Below, one piece after another: positions 60,241-64,000 of a DNA stretch of 64,000 nt. How positions within the stretch are numbered: the stretch's first letter is position 1; each line of letters begins with the position of its first letter. The translations under genes and the position numbers were made by a program. This DNA comes from Thermodesulfobacteriota bacterium (GTDB lineage Bacteria > Desulfobacterota > Desulfobacteria > Desulfobacterales > C00003060). The stretch is taken from positions 1 to 64,000 of the forward strand of contig JAXHVD010000001.1 of assembly GCA_034189385.1 (NCBI GenBank), in the 5' to 3' direction. The notes below the pieces were generated by a model. The model saw nothing but the letters and a program-made list of their open reading frames with translations. It had not been told where the DNA came from and did no database searches.

Positions 60241-60278
60241 TTAGAAGAATTGCGAACAAGGATTAGAAGAATTGCGAA
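60241..60278. promoter_or_regulatory. Tandem enhancer (UAS) sites
   Basis: TTAGAAGAATTGCGAA twice, 22-bp period, ~90-120 bp upstream of -24. Confidence 0.7.
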
Positions 60279-60313
60279 ATAGGTGAGGGCGAACCTGGAT
60301 TGGGACAAAAGGG

Positions 60314-61699
60314 CTACTGGATTTGAAGCTTCTTTTTGCGGTAGCGAAAGGTGTGGTGGTTTAGGTTCAGGAGCTTTGCGGCCTTGCTCTCATTGCCTCC
60401 AGCCATCTTCAGGGCTTCTTCGATATAGTGTCTTTCCAAAGATTCTTGCACAGCGGTAAGGTCGATGCCGGTAGCCGGAAGGGGGGGGGACTCTGCCGCC
60501 ATTGGGCTATGGGCGGTTTGACCTCCACGGGAAGCCTCAATCCCAAGGTCCTTCAGTGCAATCTCCGACCCTTTGCCGACGAGAACTGCCCGTTCTATCA
60601 CATTTCTCAACTCACGGACATTGCCCTCCCAATGGAGTTCATTCAAGGCGCCTTCGGCTTCACCAGAGAGTCTGCTAAAGGGTTTGCCGTGTTTCTGACT
60701 GAATTCTACCAGGAAGTGTCTTGCAATGGGAACGATGTCGTCACGCCGCTTATCAAGGGACGGCACCTCTACTTTAATAACGGCGAGGCGATAGTAAAGA
60801 TCTCGTCTGAAATCGCCTTGTTGTATCATCATCTCCAGGTCCTTGTTGGTGGCAGATACGACCCGGGTCTGGACTCGCAGCTTCTTGGTCCCCCCCAACC
60901 TGTAAAATTCCCCATCTTCAAGAAAACGCAAAAGTTTTGCCTGGGCTGCCAAGCCCAGGTCGCCCACCTCGTCTAGGAACAGGGTCCCCTTTTCCGCCTC
61001 TTCTACCAGCCCCTTTTTCCCGGATGTATTTGCCCCGCTGAAAGCCCCCTTCTCATATCCAAAAAGCTCGCTTTCAATGAGGTCGTGGGGGATAGCCCCG
61101 CAATTGACAGTTATCAGGGGGCCCTCAAAATGGGGGCTCCTGTAGTGTATGGCATTGGCAATGAGTTCCTTGCCTGTTCCGGTCCCACCAAGAATCAGGA
61201 TCGGCGTGTCAGGGCTCTTGGCCACCTTTCCTATAAAGTCCATCACGTCTTGGATGACGTTGCTCTCTCCTATGAAGCAAGGCAGGTTCTCCCTGAGATA
61301 TTTCTCTTGCAGGAGCTGCACTTCTTTCCTCAGGCGGACCGTCTTGAGCGCGTTTGTGATGGTCACCTCTAGGCCGTCCATATGAATCGGTTTTACCACA
61401 TAGTCGTAGGCCCCCAGCTTCATTGCAGAGACTACGGTTTCGATATCCTCATAAGCGGTTATCATGATGACCAACACATCAGGATGGCGCTCTTTCACCT
61501 TGGCAAGGGCTTCAAGCCCGCTCATGCCGGGAAGTCCTATGTCAAGCAATATGAGATCAGGGGGGGTCTTTCCCATGGCTGCAATGGCCGTTTCAGCCGA
61601 GGCAAATCCCTCCATCAGGTAATCCGGCTCAAGGGCCATGGTGATGCCTTCCCTTATGGTTTCTTCGTCGTCCACGATGTATATGGAATATGAGATCAT
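60314..61699 (-). CDS. NtrC-family sigma-54 response regulator
   Basis: IVDDE, LLDIGLPG, GGTGTGKE, GAFSGA, W.GNVREL, HTH. Confidence 0.96.
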   Translation of the reverse strand: MISYSIYIVDDEETIREGITMALEPDYLMEGFASAETAIAAMGKTPPDLILLDIGLPGMSGLEALAKVKERHPDVLVIMITAYEDIETVVSAMKLGAYDYVVKPIHMDGLEVTITNALKTVRLRKEVQLLQEKYLRENLPCFIGESNVIQDVMDFIGKVAKSPDTPILILGGTGTGKELIANAIHYRSPHFEGPLITVNCGAIPHDLIESELFGYEKGAFSGANTSGKKGLVEEAEKGTLFLDEVGDLGLAAQAKLLRFLEDGEFYRLGGTKKLRVQTRVVSATNKDLEMMIQQGDFRRDLYYRLAVIKVEVPSLDKRRDDIVPIARHFLVEFSQKHGKPFSRLSGEAEGALNELHWEGNVRELRNVIERAVLVGKGSEIALKDLGIEASRGGQTAHSPMAAESPPLPATGIDLTAVQESLERHYIEEALKMAGGNESKAAKLLNLNHHTFRYRKKKLQIQ

Positions 61700-63894
61700 C
61701 TTTTTTCAACCCTTTTTTCCACGGGGATTTCAATCCTAAACTCTGCACCGCCCCATTTACTCGAGTTAACAGATAATGATCCGCCGTGGTCTGATATGAT
61801 TCTATGGCTGAGGCTCAGCCCTATGCCTGAGCTGTCGCTTTTGGTAGTAAAGAAGGGATCGAATATCTTTTCTCTGTCGCTGAAAGGCACACCAGGCCCG
61901 GAGTCTGAAACCTTTATGACAATGTGGTTGTTCTTCTCAAAGGAGGCTATCTCCACTTTCTTGGGTCCCGCTGCTTTTCTCATGGCTTGGGCAGCATTGG
62001 TGACCAGGTTCAAGATCACCTGTTCAATCAGATGGCTGTCCGCATGGCACTGAGGTAGCGCCGGGGACAATGCCTTTTCAAGCTCAATTCCCCTTTTTCG
62101 CAGCGTCACCGCAGAAAGATTGATCGCCTCTTCAATGGATGTATTGATGTTTGTCAAAGCCAGCTTGGGCCGACTCGGTTTCGAGAAATCCATCACCCGT
62201 CTTACGACCGACTCTATTTTCCCTGAAGCAGACTGGATTTGTTCGACGATTCTTTTGGCCTTTTGCAGGCCTTTTTGACCAATGCCCTCAGAATCGCCAA
62301 GAAGTTTTTTCAGGGTCGCCAGATAGATATTGATGCCCGATAAGGGATTTCTGATTTCATGGGCAATGCCGGCAGCTACGTGGCCCAGGGAAACCATCTT
62401 TTGCTTGGTGAGGACCAGTTGCTCGAATTCCTTGGCCCTGGTAATGTCCATCATGTTCACCAGTACCGCTCGCTTGCCTTGGTACTGGATTAGACTGGCT
62501 CGGCAGTGGACCCATCTCATGTCAACGGCGTTGCCTATCCTGTCCATTGGATAGAACCTTAGTTCTGTGTCCAGGGCCTGGGCAGCCCCTGACAAGACCT
62601 TCTGGTAAAAGCGGCCAAAGGCTTCTGCATCATGGGGATGAATGCTTTGGAAATCTTTGAAGCTAAAGGGTTCAGGCAAAGGCCCAAAAAGCCTTTCCTG
62701 TTCGGGATTCTTATATACGATTTTGTCTTCTTGTATAATGAATATACCGGTCAGGGAGTTGTCCACCAAATCACGCGAGCGGCGCTCGCTTTCCCGCAAG
62801 GCGTTAGCTGATGCAGCCATTTCCTTCAAGTACTTGGCTTCTGTCTCAAGCTCTGCCTTTCGTCTTTGGGTCTTCAATAAGAACGCGCCGCCAATTCCAA
62901 AGAGAAATACGACAATGACTGCAAGGGCAAATATGTTCCTTGCATGTTTATTGATCGGTCCTGCAATCTCATCATATGGCAAGGCGACGACCAAATTCCA
63001 ATCCCTGTCTCCTATGGCCACTCTCTTATAGGCTACCAACTCATTTTCATTGGTCTCACAATTGACGAAGAGACCAAATCCGCTGTCTTCTACCTTCAGT
63101 CTATTGAGGTAATTATGATCCTTCAGAATGTGCTCCTTCAGGCCGTGTTTGTGAAAACGTTCCCCCCTTACCAGATGCATCTTCCTGATGACGTCTTCAA
63201 TGGACAGCCCAATGAACCTCTTTTCGGGGTGTGAAAGAATGACATCTTTGTAATCAAACATCCACGCACAGCCTCGGCCTCCCAGCTTGACCGGCTGGAT
63301 GAAACGCTCTGAGATGGCGTCCAGAGTAATTCTGCGTTCAATGATTCCCCTAAAGTGATTCTCATAGAACACAGGCTCCAACAGTGAGATAGTAAGGGTC
63401 CCTGCCTGGTTGAGGAATACGTCACCAACATACGGTTTGTGCTTCTTGAGGACATAGGCGACACTGGGCCTTTCAGCCAAGTTCTTTCTGCCTTCAGAAC
63501 CGTTCCCTTGCCAGGGTGGAGATCGATGCAACATCACCCCTCGAGCATCGAACAGACAAATGGCATCAACATCGTTCTTGTGGACTTCGTAGAAGAGCTC
63601 CAGTCTAGAATAGCCGAGGTCTGCCAAGTCACGGGAGGTAGCCGTCCCCTTTTCTGCCTGTAAGAGTGTCTCTTGTGCCATCGTCTGCAGGGCCTCTGAA
63701 TGCAGCGTGACGAAACCTTCAACGCTTCTAGCCGTTGCCTTTGCAATGGTGAGCAACTGCTGTTCAGTCTGGTAGACCATTGTATCTCTAAACTCCCTTT
63801 GGGAGACGTATGCAAGGCCAAGGACGACTGCGATGACAACCACACCGATGACAATGCCTATTGCCACGGTCACAGATGTTCTTATCATTCTCAT
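61696..63894 (-). CDS. Membrane sensor histidine kinase (Cache + PAS)
   Basis: Two TM helices, periplasmic Cache-like region, PAS, AHEIRNPL, NLVTNA, DSGPG, GIGL. Confidence 0.95.
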   Translation of the reverse strand: MRMIRTSVTVAIGIVIGVVVIAVVLGLAYVSQREFRDTMVYQTEQQLLTIAKATARSVEGFVTLHSEALQTMAQETLLQAEKGTATSRDLADLGYSRLELFYEVHKNDVDAICLFDARGVMLHRSPPWQGNGSEGRKNLAERPSVAYVLKKHKPYVGDVFLNQAGTLTISLLEPVFYENHFRGIIERRITLDAISERFIQPVKLGGRGCAWMFDYKDVILSHPEKRFIGLSIEDVIRKMHLVRGERFHKHGLKEHILKDHNYLNRLKVEDSGFGLFVNCETNENELVAYKRVAIGDRDWNLVVALPYDEIAGPINKHARNIFALAVIVVFLFGIGGAFLLKTQRRKAELETEAKYLKEMAASANALRESERRSRDLVDNSLTGIFIIQEDKIVYKNPEQERLFGPLPEPFSFKDFQSIHPHDAEAFGRFYQKVLSGAAQALDTELRFYPMDRIGNAVDMRWVHCRASLIQYQGKRAVLVNMMDITRAKEFEQLVLTKQKMVSLGHVAAGIAHEIRNPLSGINIYLATLKKLLGDSEGIGQKGLQKAKRIVEQIQSASGKIESVVRRVMDFSKPSRPKLALTNINTSIEEAINLSAVTLRKRGIELEKALSPALPQCHADSHLIEQVILNLVTNAAQAMRKAAGPKKVEIASFEKNNHIVIKVSDSGPGVPFSDREKIFDPFFTTKSDSSGIGLSLSHRIISDHGGSLSVNSSKWGGAEFRIEIPVEKRVEKR

Positions 63895-64000
63895 AGACGT
63901 TGACGGGATATGGTCATGGCTTAGGCGAGTCGGCCCATGGACAGATAGAGCAAAATGGGCATCCTCGGCTCTCCCTCGATTCAGGCACTAGTCAATCGGG

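Overview
64-kb window with the gene content and repeat style of an anaerobic deltaproteobacterium (Desulfobacterota-like; inferred from many sigma-54 systems, HdrD-like/FmdE proteins and Sec usage). No rRNA, tRNA or CRISPR array was seen. Layout: (1) 1-7 kb: sigma-54 activator with a divergent outer-membrane gene, a porin, and IS481/IS66/IS4 and other decayed remnants. (2) 7.6-15.4 kb: stress-type genes (hemerythrin-like, UbiB/phasin, FNR-like, baeRF, GpgS-like glucosyltransferase). (3) 16-22.7 kb: operon of an asparagine-synthase-like amidotransferase, a nitrilase-family hydrolase and a sugar ABC importer. (4) 23-27 kb: small genes and an atypical bEBP. (5) 27.7-35.8 kb: accessory patch with an IS-end-like non-coding element holding a group II intron fragment, four co-oriented ~230-270-bp repeats separating toxin-antitoxin-type cargo, three cupin copies (two decayed) and a UGA-recoded Fe-S oxidoreductase. 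(6) 36-49.6 kb: a second selenoprotein (rhodanese), transporters, pyruvate carboxylase with a Zn-ribbon tail, LpxR, USP, a 19-bp VNTR, MutT, a kinase. (7) 49.8-63.9 kb: two-component/sigma-54-controlled envelope operon (23x DxDxDG repeat protein, ExbBD-TonB, TonB receptor, lipoprotein tetrapyrrole-methylase homolog, DUF4198, secreted FmdE, APC permease). Best candidates for undescribed biology: the repeat-delimited cargo array, the TonB/methylase/FmdE uptake operon, and the amidotransferase-nitrilase-ABC-GpgS osmolyte cluster. Family assignments come from motif recognition by eye; no database searches were run.
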